Shown here in pieces: positions 48,724 to 57,249 of a stretch of DNA of 64,000 nucleotides. Source of the DNA: a virus. The notes below the pieces were generated by a model. It searched no databases and was not told the DNA's origin. It saw nothing but the letters and a program-made list of their open reading frames with translations. The first letter of the stretch is position 1; each line of letters begins with the position of its first letter. The stretch lies in IMG/VR virus record IMGVR_UViG_3300009365_003824, positions 32,001 to 96,000 of that record; one strand, given 5' to 3'. A program made the position numbers and the translations under genes.

Positions 48724-48942
48724 ATGGCTATTGATACATTAGATTTACATGGGGTGCCTCACGCTCAGGTTGAGGCCAAAGTAGAGAATTTTGTATTGCT
48801 CAGTGTTCTACCTTGTAGGATTATCACTGGGAACAGTCCCGGTATGCAGTCTCTCGTCAATAATATATTAAAAAGGCACCAGCTTACGTCCTGTTACGAA
48901 AACGATTATAACCTTGGTGCTCTTATCGTTATAGAGAATTAA
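48724..48942 (+). CDS. stand-alone Smr-like domain
   Basis: LDLHG..IITGNS..N.GAL. Confidence 0.75.
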   Translation: MAIDTLDLHGVPHAQVEAKVENFVLLSVLPCRIITGNSPGMQSLVNNILKRHQLTSCYENDYNLGALIVIEN

Positions 48943-48966
48943 TTTTAAAATGAAAGGCAGGGATAA

Positions 48967-49596
48967 ATGGCCCATTTTTTTATCTTTTTTCATGGTCGAA
49001 GTGGCTCCACTCATTTGTGCAGCGCATTAAATTCACACCCCGAAATAATTTGTGAATACGAGTATTTTGGCAGAAACACCAACAATACTTTATATGACTT
49101 GCAGCAGCTTTTCAATTGGCACAACTCAGGTATGATTGTGGGGTTTAAATTAAAATATAGGTTTCAATATTTCGACAACCCTGATGTTTGGGAGTATCTT
49201 CTCGAAAACGATGTAAAAGTAATACGTTTGTTTAGGAAAAACGCACTTAAAACAGTAATCTCCCGAATTCGACACCACGATGGTGATAAAGGAGGAAAAA
49301 AAACAACAATACCTGTTGAAAATTTAATCAAAAAGATTAAAAAATGGGAACGAAAAAAAGCATTAGTAAGTCTGTCTGAATCGTTCACAAACAAACTGGT
49401 TATTTGCTATGAAGATATTTTATATGATGAACAGGCCACTTTTGCAAAAATCTTAGACTTTTTAGAAGTCGATTCCAATATCACCTTGACCAGTAGATGG
49501 AATAAAGTGACCTCTGATAACATTGAAGAAGCGGTTACAAATTATGATGAGATTGTTGATACATTGAAAGGCACTGAGTATGAAAGATTTTTGTGA
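48967..49596 (+). CDS. sulfotransferase (Stf0-like)
   Basis: GRSGSTHL...LNSHPEI, GFKL, R.N.LK..IS, YED, I...V.NYDE. Confidence 0.85.
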   Translation: MAHFFIFFHGRSGSTHLCSALNSHPEIICEYEYFGRNTNNTLYDLQQLFNWHNSGMIVGFKLKYRFQYFDNPDVWEYLLENDVKVIRLFRKNALKTVISRIRHHDGDKGGKKTTIPVENLIKKIKKWERKKALVSLSESFTNKLVICYEDILYDEQATFAKILDFLEVDSNITLTSRWNKVTSDNIEEAVTNYDEIVDTLKGTEYERFL

Positions 49597-49598
49597 TC

Positions 49599-50426
49599 TT
49601 ACAAATGAGTTATTTTCCTCAATGCAGTCTCTTTGTCTGTTTCTGGGAAGCTCAAGAGTTTGAATTTCACACCTTTCTTAATACAATCAGGTAGTTCTTC
49701 TAAATTGGTTTTTGTAATTATATTGGGTTGCCTAATTCTTTGTTGACCGACTCTCTCTGTGTTACAAAGAAATCCACATCGTTTACAATAATGTTCAGCT
49801 TGTTCGGCTATTTCTTCATCTGTTCTGTTAAATGGGTTTACGCCATCTTTTAATGGCCACCCATAACCGATGTCATAAAGCCAATCAAACGCACCAGCAT
49901 TTTGGCAGAAGTAGACCTTATTGTTGTAAATTATACCGTGACAATTGTTGTCATCCCACATCCCACAAAACTTCCTGGCATGTTGCCAGTAATTTTTTAT
50001 GAAAAACACATCACAAGGAGCCACCAGCGTAGGATGAAACCATCTCTGTTGTTTGCTTATGTGTTGCTGTCCTGCTGCATAATAGATGTTATTGTCATAC
50101 TTATGGACTTTATAACGATCAGTGCTAACTACAAAGCTGATGTTTTTTCCTGTGGGGTTGGTGTTGACATTGTAAGAAATCAATAATTTTCTAACTTTTG
50201 CCCATTGAGGGTGTTGTACAGGTTCGCCTCCAAATATGTGTATTAACTTGTAAAACTTAGCACAGAGATTGATGTTGTGCTCAAGTTGATCTAGAGAAAT
50301 ATCCCAGACTTTTTCTGGAGGTATAACATTGCACAATTGATTACAACCAGAACATGCCTTTTTACAACGATTAGTGACCAGAATTTTAGGGCCACGTCTT
50401 CTGAGACTGTTGGCGATTCTTCCCAT
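49599..50426 (-). CDS. radical SAM protein
   Basis: TNRCKKACSGC (CxxxCxxC), FGGEP..HP, C-terminal Cys. Confidence 0.85.
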   Translation of the reverse strand: MGRIANSLRRRGPKILVTNRCKKACSGCNQLCNVIPPEKVWDISLDQLEHNINLCAKFYKLIHIFGGEPVQHPQWAKVRKLLISYNVNTNPTGKNISFVVSTDRYKVHKYDNNIYYAAGQQHISKQQRWFHPTLVAPCDVFFIKNYWQHARKFCGMWDDNNCHGIIYNNKVYFCQNAGAFDWLYDIGYGWPLKDGVNPFNRTDEEIAEQAEHYCKRCGFLCNTERVGQQRIRQPNIITKTNLEELPDCIKKGVKFKLLSFPETDKETALRKITHL

Positions 50427-50485
50427 ATAAGTATTTACGTTAATAAGGATAAATACAGTAAGCAAGATAATAGAGGCGGGGTACG

Positions 50486-50668
50486 ATGGATTGTTTAGAC
50501 CCCTACATCAATCCATATGATAAATTGATGGAAATTATCTACGGACATGGTTATGCCGAGCGTAGAGCTAAGGAGCGTAGGTTTAAAGATACTATGCACG
50601 AACATCACGTTAAAATTGCCATGAACTTCCAAGTAGAGTTTAAAAAGTCTTCAGCTAAAGCAGCGTAG
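50486..50668 (+). CDS. small hypothetical protein
   Basis: ORF with SD-like GAGG and an upstream TAAATA box. Confidence 0.4.
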   Translation: MDCLDPYINPYDKLMEIIYGHGYAERRAKERRFKDTMHEHHVKIAMNFQVEFKKSSAKAA

Positions 50669-50674
50669 AACTTG

Positions 50675-51121
50675 TTACCCTCTTTCAGTGTTGTGTGGTG
50701 AATAAACCATTCTTCCACAACGAGAACACCTTTCAGAGCAAATCTCGTAACCATCTCTATCCCACGCATTGCCGCACCTACAAGAGTAGTGAGTGTTTTT
50801 GTTCACATTACGCAAATCTATAAAATCATTGTCTTCTGTAATGCGAATGACATTTTTAGGATCATCCCAGAAACCTTTTCCTTTAACATCTGGGATAGGA
50901 GGCGGTCCACTCTCTACTCCAAATTTAATGCAATTATACCATATTCTTTCGTGAAGATAGTAAATCACTATTTTGGCAAAGAAGTCTATTCCACAAATTA
51001 AACCTCCAACCCCAAGACTGCCAGTTAATGCCCAACCTGCTATTCCTGTAATAGTGCTGCCTATGATGCGGTAACTTATTGCTTTAGCTAGATGCCTCTT
51101 CCGGCTTATCTTTTTCTTCAT
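50675..51121 (-). CDS. DUF2061-like membrane protein with C-terminal zinc ribbon
   Basis: RHLAKAISYRIIGS..TG..KIVIYYLHERIW; CRCG..CSRCG. Confidence 0.8.
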   Translation of the reverse strand: MKKKISRKRHLAKAISYRIIGSTITGIAGWALTGSLGVGGLICGIDFFAKIVIYYLHERIWYNCIKFGVESGPPPIPDVKGKGFWDDPKNVIRITEDNDFIDLRNVNKNTHYSCRCGNAWDRDGYEICSERCSRCGRMVYSPHNTERG

Positions 51122-52055
51122 CTTTTTTAACCTGTATTAAGCCATAATACTTAGTGCCCATGCGTAATAATTTTTTCCCATAACGAGTTATCAAACCCTT
51201 TTTGGGATGAAAGGTGTCAGGATCTAGAATAACAGGAGTAAAAGTTAGCGGAACATAAGGAGAATATTGGTATCCCGCCTCGTAATACCAGAGGTTATCT
51301 TCATCATCTTCTTTTTCTCTGCCCCTTAATCCTATAAGCACAGTATCTTCGGGAAATTCCACATCAACATACAGTGGACAACCAATGTGGGATACAAAGA
51401 AAATTTCATCATCAGTTTCGGGAAATCTACCACTGTAATATTCTGATAGCATTTTTCCTATCTTGGGAGAAGTTAAAATCCAATAATCGCTACTTAACAG
51501 TGTTTTTCTGTGGATGACATCTTTTATTTCCTTGATTCTAAAATACCAACCCTCTCCATCTAACCCAGGATCAACAAGAGCTTTAGTTCCAACATTGTTT
51601 CGTAAATCTGTTGTGATTTCACGGGTTATTTCATTTGATATTTTGGCGGCTAGGTTTTCATCATCCCATTCTGTTTCTGTTTCTAGTCTTTTGGTCCTGG
51701 CAGCTATTTCTTCGCTATCTAAAACTAATTTAATTTCATCACCATCTTCTTTGAATGCAAGAAAATAAACAAGTCCTGCTGGGCCTAGAAGAGTTTGAAT
51801 AGAAACGAAATGCCTAGCCATGAGGTTAGAATAAATATCAAATACCAGTTGAAGGTCAATCTTACTATGTCCAGATGAGGTTTCGTTCATCAATCGTTGG
51901 TTTTCTAATATGATCGCCAACTGTTTTGCATATTCAGAATCTACTTTCTCAAAAGGAAAATGATCCTTCCACTTCTCAAGACAAGAGGCAGCTTCTTCAT
52001 CGTGCCTTTTTTTGGAAATCAAAGGGTCGAAAGGGTTTAGTTTCTTTTTGGCCAT
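51084..52055 (-). CDS. second gp23-family capsid protein (shortened paralogue)
   Basis: shares LENQRL.NE, LLGP.GLVY.L, SEE.AA.T..L, TDLRNN.GT, HRKTL, PYVPLT.TPV.LDP..F.P.KG..TRYGKKLLR with the MCP. Confidence 0.85.
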   Translation of the reverse strand: MAKKKLNPFDPLISKKRHDEEAASCLEKWKDHFPFEKVDSEYAKQLAIILENQRLMNETSSGHSKIDLQLVFDIYSNLMARHFVSIQTLLGPAGLVYFLAFKEDGDEIKLVLDSEEIAARTKRLETETEWDDENLAAKISNEITREITTDLRNNVGTKALVDPGLDGEGWYFRIKEIKDVIHRKTLLSSDYWILTSPKIGKMLSEYYSGRFPETDDEIFFVSHIGCPLYVDVEFPEDTVLIGLRGREKEDDEDNLWYYEAGYQYSPYVPLTFTPVILDPDTFHPKKGLITRYGKKLLRMGTKYYGLIQVKKDEEKDKPEEASS

Positions 52056-52245
52056 GTTGTTTCTCCTTACGTTTTTTTCTCCACACGGTTATTACATAAT
52101 TGCCAATAAACATGCCTGTCCAACTACCAAACAAACACCACGGGTTTCTCTCGGCATAACTATACCAATTCACCATAACATAACCCAAGACTACCGGCTG
52201 ACCACAAAGCTGTAAGTAATGGATCACATTCAATAAAATGATGAG

Positions 52246-53016
52246 ATGCCACACCCGCAATACAACAGATGGCAAACCCCGATAACATTCTCCTCTTATA
52301 AAGAGAGAAAGTTGATCAGAAGAATTGACAAAAAATTGGAGAAGATCGCAAGGTTAGACTATTGCGCAGGCGAGGGTGAAGTGCTTAATCCATTTGACAA
52401 ACATAGGTTTGCTACTCAGCCCGTATATCATACGAAAGCCCCAAAAATTAGGGCTAGAGGGCAAATTGTAGTTGCATATCGTGAAATCACTGGGCAATAT
52501 TCTATCCCATGTGATCGTGGTTATTGGACACTTTGTAACAAGCAACCTAATGTGGATGGTGCCGAAATCGTACAATTGGTGAAATGTGGGTTGTTGCAAA
52601 AAAAGCAGTTTTATGGAATCGACTATGATCTGAATGATGAAGGCATCATAGAATTCAACCAACAACAACATCCTGAAGCCAATTGGTTCAAAGGCGAGTG
52701 GTTAGAAGTCATTGAAGAAAACTACGAGTTGTTCAATCCTGGTCTAATCTATTTCGATTACACTCGCACAGTTGTTACTCCTGCTTGCCACTTGTATCTA
52801 GCTCGCACGATGAATATGTGCCCCCCCAAGACAGTCGTGGCAGCTAATCTTATGTTGTCGGATGGGCACTCTCGCCGCCGATTCGACCCAGATTTATTGG
52901 TCGAAAATCTGGGAATTCATTTAAGATCCCCCAGTAATTGGGATGTGTATGACAAGTATTATTCGTATAAATCTAGTCATACAGAAATGGCTACTTACAT
53001 CTTCGTGAGAAAATAA
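52246..53016 (+). CDS. SAM-methyltransferase-fold protein (tentative)
   Basis: FYGID....IIE.N....P..NWF.GE....IYFDY Rossmann-like strand order; no NPPY/DPPY/PC motif. Confidence 0.45.
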   Translation: MPHPQYNRWQTPITFSSYKERKLIRRIDKKLEKIARLDYCAGEGEVLNPFDKHRFATQPVYHTKAPKIRARGQIVVAYREITGQYSIPCDRGYWTLCNKQPNVDGAEIVQLVKCGLLQKKQFYGIDYDLNDEGIIEFNQQQHPEANWFKGEWLEVIEENYELFNPGLIYFDYTRTVVTPACHLYLARTMNMCPPKTVVAANLMLSDGHSRRRFDPDLLVENLGIHLRSPSNWDVYDKYYSYKSSHTEMATYIFVRK

Positions 53017-54891
53017 ATGCATTTACATCCAGCTAATTTTGACTACTACGATCCAAATTGGAAGCCCATTACGGCTAATATTGCGGTCTTAAAAGACACC
53101 GACCCCAAGGAGTTGGGATATGGTAATCGTGACTACCAAATTAGATGCTACGAAGCGTTTCAAGGAAAAAGAAGAACGATATTTATTTCTCCGACAGGCA
53201 GTGGTAAAAGTTTAGTGCAGATTTTTAATGCTGCTAGAGAGATTATTGAATCGGACTATGAACAAAAACAAGTGTTTATTGTCCCTCAATTGAATATTGG
53301 TGATGGTTTCACGGATTACAAACACAAAAAATTGCGGATCAATGGTGAAATTTATGGTTGGGAGGTTACTACAAATTGTTGTTTTGACAATGAGCAGTCT
53401 GTTAAAAGAATCAGAGGTTTCCTCCTGAAGGATCATCCATGTAAATCATATCGAGCAAACAAGGTACTAGGAGGTTGCACCGCTGTAGTGAGTTATTCGG
53501 CATTGTTGGCAGCTTTTAATAGTATGACTCCTAGAGAAAAAATGCGAGCTATTCAGAATACTTCATTTCGTCCCGATGAGGTTCATCATATCTCTGGCGT
53601 GGATGAAGGTGGTGTTGCACCAAACCGCTTAGGAGGATTTTGTAAATTCGTTTTGGACAATGACGGTTGCTTACACTTAACTACGGCGACATTCTTTCGT
53701 GGTGATCGGGGTGTAATTCTTGATGGTCATTATCTGGATGATTTTGAGGTTTTCCGTGTCCCATTTCTTGAACACTGGGCGACGTTAAGATTAAAAGAAC
53801 TTCATCAGGACTACCTTTGTTATAAAAATAGCAATGATCTTTTGAGACAAATTCTAACTGCTGTAGCGGCTGAACCAGATAAGCCACCAATCATCATCGT
53901 TCCAGCAGATGGACAAAAGTTCTTTAAACGCACAAACAAATGGAAGTGGGTTGAAAGACTCGTGGATGGTTTGACTGAGATTTATGGAGATAGAGTTCTT
54001 GATCTTGTTACGCCTGAACGTCAACAACGAGACAAAAAACGATTAACTGCTGATGTTCAAGATTTTTGTGCTGTTGTCACTTGTGCCATTGGAAGAGAAG
54101 GAACTGATTGGCCAGCATGTTCTCGTGTTCATAACACGGTATTAGATGCTAATACTCTGCAACCAATTCAGAAACTCGGAAGAGCTTTGCGTCAACACGA
54201 AGAAAAAACCGATATTAAAATGTTTAATTATATTGAGCATTTTAAGAAGTGGGACGATAGCCCTGATACTGTTCGTGAAAAGCTATCAGATCGTTTCAAT
54301 GCTGTTGTAATGGCCTCTATGTTGGATGATATGTTTTATCCCATCCTCATGCCAGCAATACCTCAAGATAAAAACCGCGTTTGCAATGTGACGCTTGAAG
54401 ATGTGTATGGAAGCAAACGAAATGAATTAGTTGAAGATATGATGCGACGATTACTGGCAATTCCCGCATCAAATAGAAACGCTGAAGCCATCAATGAACT
54501 TGTTGATGAGATCATTGAAGAATATGAAGACGACATGTTGGAGGATGTTTCACATGACACCCTCAGAGAACGATTGCGAAAAGAAATTCTCCGTCGCCAA
54601 AACCCTAGTAGTCCTAATCTTCGTATGGATGGGATGATTGTTGATTTTGTTCGTGAGCATGGTTGGGATAAGGTTATACGAAAATATATCGCCAAAAAAT
54701 CCCCCTTTGTAGGCGTTGCAGCAACTAAAGACCTTGAAAAATTGCAAAAGTTTTTAAACAAAGGCGATTGGCTAGAGAATGTTGAACAAATTAAAAAGAT
54801 AGGACTTGAAAACATACAAAAAGGAAGTCGGCTTTATCATTTCCTTTTAAAACAACGCCGAGATTTCAGAAAGGCAACGCACAGTGCTTAA
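53017..54891 (+). CDS. SF2 DExH helicase, YeeB/ResIII-like, with a truncated C-terminal HA-like domain
   Basis: RDYQ, SPTGSGKS, DEVHH, TATFFRGD, GREGTDWP, QKLGRALR. Confidence 0.88.
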   Translation: MHLHPANFDYYDPNWKPITANIAVLKDTDPKELGYGNRDYQIRCYEAFQGKRRTIFISPTGSGKSLVQIFNAAREIIESDYEQKQVFIVPQLNIGDGFTDYKHKKLRINGEIYGWEVTTNCCFDNEQSVKRIRGFLLKDHPCKSYRANKVLGGCTAVVSYSALLAAFNSMTPREKMRAIQNTSFRPDEVHHISGVDEGGVAPNRLGGFCKFVLDNDGCLHLTTATFFRGDRGVILDGHYLDDFEVFRVPFLEHWATLRLKELHQDYLCYKNSNDLLRQILTAVAAEPDKPPIIIVPADGQKFFKRTNKWKWVERLVDGLTEIYGDRVLDLVTPERQQRDKKRLTADVQDFCAVVTCAIGREGTDWPACSRVHNTVLDANTLQPIQKLGRALRQHEEKTDIKMFNYIEHFKKWDDSPDTVREKLSDRFNAVVMASMLDDMFYPILMPAIPQDKNRVCNVTLEDVYGSKRNELVEDMMRRLLAIPASNRNAEAINELVDEIIEEYEDDMLEDVSHDTLRERLRKEILRRQNPSSPNLRMDGMIVDFVREHGWDKVIRKYIAKKSPFVGVAATKDLEKLQKFLNKGDWLENVEQIKKIGLENIQKGSRLYHFLLKQRRDFRKATHSA

Positions 54892-55843
54892 AAAATGGCA
54901 AATATCGGCACTAGAAAGTATTGAAGGATGGGATGAATTCCTTGCTAATGCTAATAATGCTGCTGAAAAGAAGCAACTATTATTGGAAATGGCTAGGAAT
55001 GGAGAGCCAAGGCCACGATCACAAAAACATTATCTTGCGGGAGCACTAAATTCTTACATCGGTAAGTCAAATAATAGTTACGACCCAGAGTTTGATAAAA
55101 AGATTAGAAAATTAGCACCACACTGGTTCGTTAGTACTGCTGCTAAAAATAAAAAACTGCTGCTAGAAATGGCGAGGAATGGAAAACCACGACCAGTTCA
55201 AACAACACAATTGGGATCAGCATTAAACTCTTATACTAAGGGTTGTTGTGATCTTGTTTTCGACAAAAAAATTAGAGAACTGGCTCCACATTGGTTTGAT
55301 ACTACTGCTAGGAACAAAGAAGCCCTTCTCGAAATGGCAAGAAGTGGAGAACCACGACCAAATTGTAAAAAGAATCCATTGGGAAAAAGACTTGTGCGTT
55401 ATATCGGTAAGTCAAGTGGTTCTTATGATCCTGCTTTTGACAAAGAAATTAGAAAACTAGCCCCACATTGGTTTGTTGACACTGCTGCTGAAAAAAAACA
55501 ACTATTGTTGGAAATGGCCAGGAATGGAGAACCACGACCAACAAAAAACCCGCTAAAATCAGCATTAAATAATTATCTTTGCGAGGCAAGCGGCTGTTGC
55601 GACCCTGTTTTCGACAAAAAAATTAGAAAACTAGCCCCACATTGGTTTGTTGATACTGCTGCTGAAAATAAGAAACTATTGTTAGAGATGGCACGCAATG
55701 GTGAACCCAGGCCAAATAGCAAAAATGGATCTCTGGGGAATTGTCTTGTGCGATATACGAATAATACTAGCTCCTATGATAAAGAGTTTGACAAAAAAAT
55801 TAGAAAACTAGCTCCGCACTGGTTCAGGAAGAATCATGCTTAA
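54884..55843 (+). CDS. repeat protein A: 20-aa leader plus 5 HA-like repeats
   Basis: GTG start overlapping the helicase stop by 8 nt; repeats LLEMARNGEPRP..LG..L..Y..DP.FDK.IR.LAPHWF. Confidence 0.85.
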   Translation: MLKKWQISALESIEGWDEFLANANNAAEKKQLLLEMARNGEPRPRSQKHYLAGALNSYIGKSNNSYDPEFDKKIRKLAPHWFVSTAAKNKKLLLEMARNGKPRPVQTTQLGSALNSYTKGCCDLVFDKKIRELAPHWFDTTARNKEALLEMARSGEPRPNCKKNPLGKRLVRYIGKSSGSYDPAFDKEIRKLAPHWFVDTAAEKKQLLLEMARNGEPRPTKNPLKSALNNYLCEASGCCDPVFDKKIRKLAPHWFVDTAAENKKLLLEMARNGEPRPNSKNGSLGNCLVRYTNNTSSYDKEFDKKIRKLAPHWFRKNHA

Positions 55844-56867
55844 AAAATGGCAAATATCGGCACTAGAAAGCATTGAAGGATGGGATGAATTCCTCAATGA
55901 GGAATCGTCTTCTGCCAAAAATAAAAAACTGTTGTTGGAAATGGCAAGAAATGGAGAGCCAAGACCAAAAAAAAATAAACACCCATTGGGATCTGTACTG
56001 ACTGCTTATACAGGAAAAATGAGAGATTGTTACGATCCTGTATTTGACAAACAAATTAGAGAATTAGCTCCACATTGGTTCATTGCTGTTGTAGAAGAAA
56101 ATAAAAGACTATTATTGGAAATGGCAAAGAAGGGAAAACCAAGACCAAAACAAGGCAAACATCCGTTAGGAGGCAAATTGAGTGATTACACCAATGGAAT
56201 CCATCGTGGTTCTAAATTTGACAAGCAAATTAGAAGATTGGCACCACATTGGTTTGTCGAACAAACTATCGAACAGAAAAAACAACAACTCCTTGAAATG
56301 GCAAGAAATGGCGAGCCAAGACCATCTCAAAGGAAATATCCTTCACTGGGGTCTGCATTAAGTCGTTATACTGACAAAAACAAATCTTATGATCCTGACT
56401 TTGATAGAGAAATTAGAAAATTAGCACCGCATTGGTTTGTTGATGCTGCTGAAAATAAAAAATTGCTTCTTGAAATGGCTAGGAACGGAGAGCCAAGACC
56501 ATCTAAGGAAATCCCATTAGGAAGAATAATAAATTATTACTTTAGGTGCGATCCTGATTTTTACAAGAAGATCAAAGAATTAGCTCCACATTGGTTCGAT
56601 AGGAAAAGTCATAAGCAATCTAAAATTGCCAAGCAGAAAAAACAACAACTTCTTGAAATGGCTCGCAATGGAGAGCCACGACCAAAAAGAAAAAAACACA
56701 AATTAGGAATATCATTGGGTTGTTATACCAGTAAAAACAATAGTTCTTATGATCCTGCCTTCGACAAGCAGATTAGAAAACTAGCTCCGCACTGGTTCAG
56801 GAAGAATCATGCTTAAAAAATGGCAAATATCGGCACTAGAAAGTATTGAAGGATGGGATGAATTCCT
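55799..56867 (+). repeat. 96-bp direct repeat (1 mismatch) spanning the A/B and B/C gene junctions; the last ~58 bp also occur at 54885
   Basis: 55799-55894 versus 56772-56867, read directly. Confidence 0.9.
55836..56816 (+). CDS. repeat protein B: same leader plus 5 HA-like repeats
   Basis: SD AGGA plus ATG, 8-nt overlap. Confidence 0.85.
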   Translation: MLKKWQISALESIEGWDEFLNEESSSAKNKKLLLEMARNGEPRPKKNKHPLGSVLTAYTGKMRDCYDPVFDKQIRELAPHWFIAVVEENKRLLLEMAKKGKPRPKQGKHPLGGKLSDYTNGIHRGSKFDKQIRRLAPHWFVEQTIEQKKQQLLEMARNGEPRPSQRKYPSLGSALSRYTDKNKSYDPDFDREIRKLAPHWFVDAAENKKLLLEMARNGEPRPSKEIPLGRIINYYFRCDPDFYKKIKELAPHWFDRKSHKQSKIAKQKKQQLLEMARNGEPRPKRKKHKLGISLGCYTSKNNSSYDPAFDKQIRKLAPHWFRKNHA

Positions 56868-57249
56868 TAATGAAGAATCTTCTTCTGACAAAAAGAAAAA
56901 ACTGCTTCTTGAAATGGCACGGAATGGAGAACCACGACCAAAGAGTAAAAAACATCCGGGTGTAGCATTGAGTAATTACATCAGTAAGTCAAGTAATGCT
57001 TACGATTCAGACTTCGATAAGAAAATTAGAAAACTGGCACCACACTGGTTTGTTGATGCTGTTGCTGAAAAGAAAAAACTGCTTCTTGAAATGGCAAAGA
57101 ATGGTGAACCACGACCGAAGTGCGTCTTCGGCCAGAAAAGCAATCCATTGGGAAGGGCGTTAAGGGATTACATCAGTAAGTCAAGTGGCTCTTACGATCC
57201 TACTTTCGACAAGCAGATTAGAAAACTAGCACCGCACTGGTTCAATTAG
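56809..57249 (+). CDS. repeat protein C: same leader plus 2 HA-like repeats
   Basis: SD AGGA plus ATG, 8-nt overlap. Confidence 0.85.
   Translation: MLKKWQISALESIEGWDEFLNEESSSDKKKKLLLEMARNGEPRPKSKKHPGVALSNYISKSSNAYDSDFDKKIRKLAPHWFVDAVAEKKKLLLEMAKNGEPRPKCVFGQKSNPLGRALRDYISKSSGSYDPTFDKQIRKLAPHWFN

Noticed and set aside
51997-52275. 92-aa hydrophobic ORF as a holin
   Set aside because: Start is uncertain, it overlaps two neighbours and has no motif; may be real but cannot be supported
54880-54900. Programmed frameshift fusing the helicase and repeat ORFs at GCT TAA AAA
   Set aside because: It needs a +1 shift from GCU to CUU with poor tRNA re-pairing, and copies B and C have their own SD plus ATG; translational coupling is simpler, though a shift is not excluded
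54884-57249. CRISPR array or DGR template/variable repeats
   Set aside because: Repeats are ~170-180 bp, degenerate at synonymous sites and fully coding; variation is not adenine-specific; no cas or reverse transcriptase gene in the window
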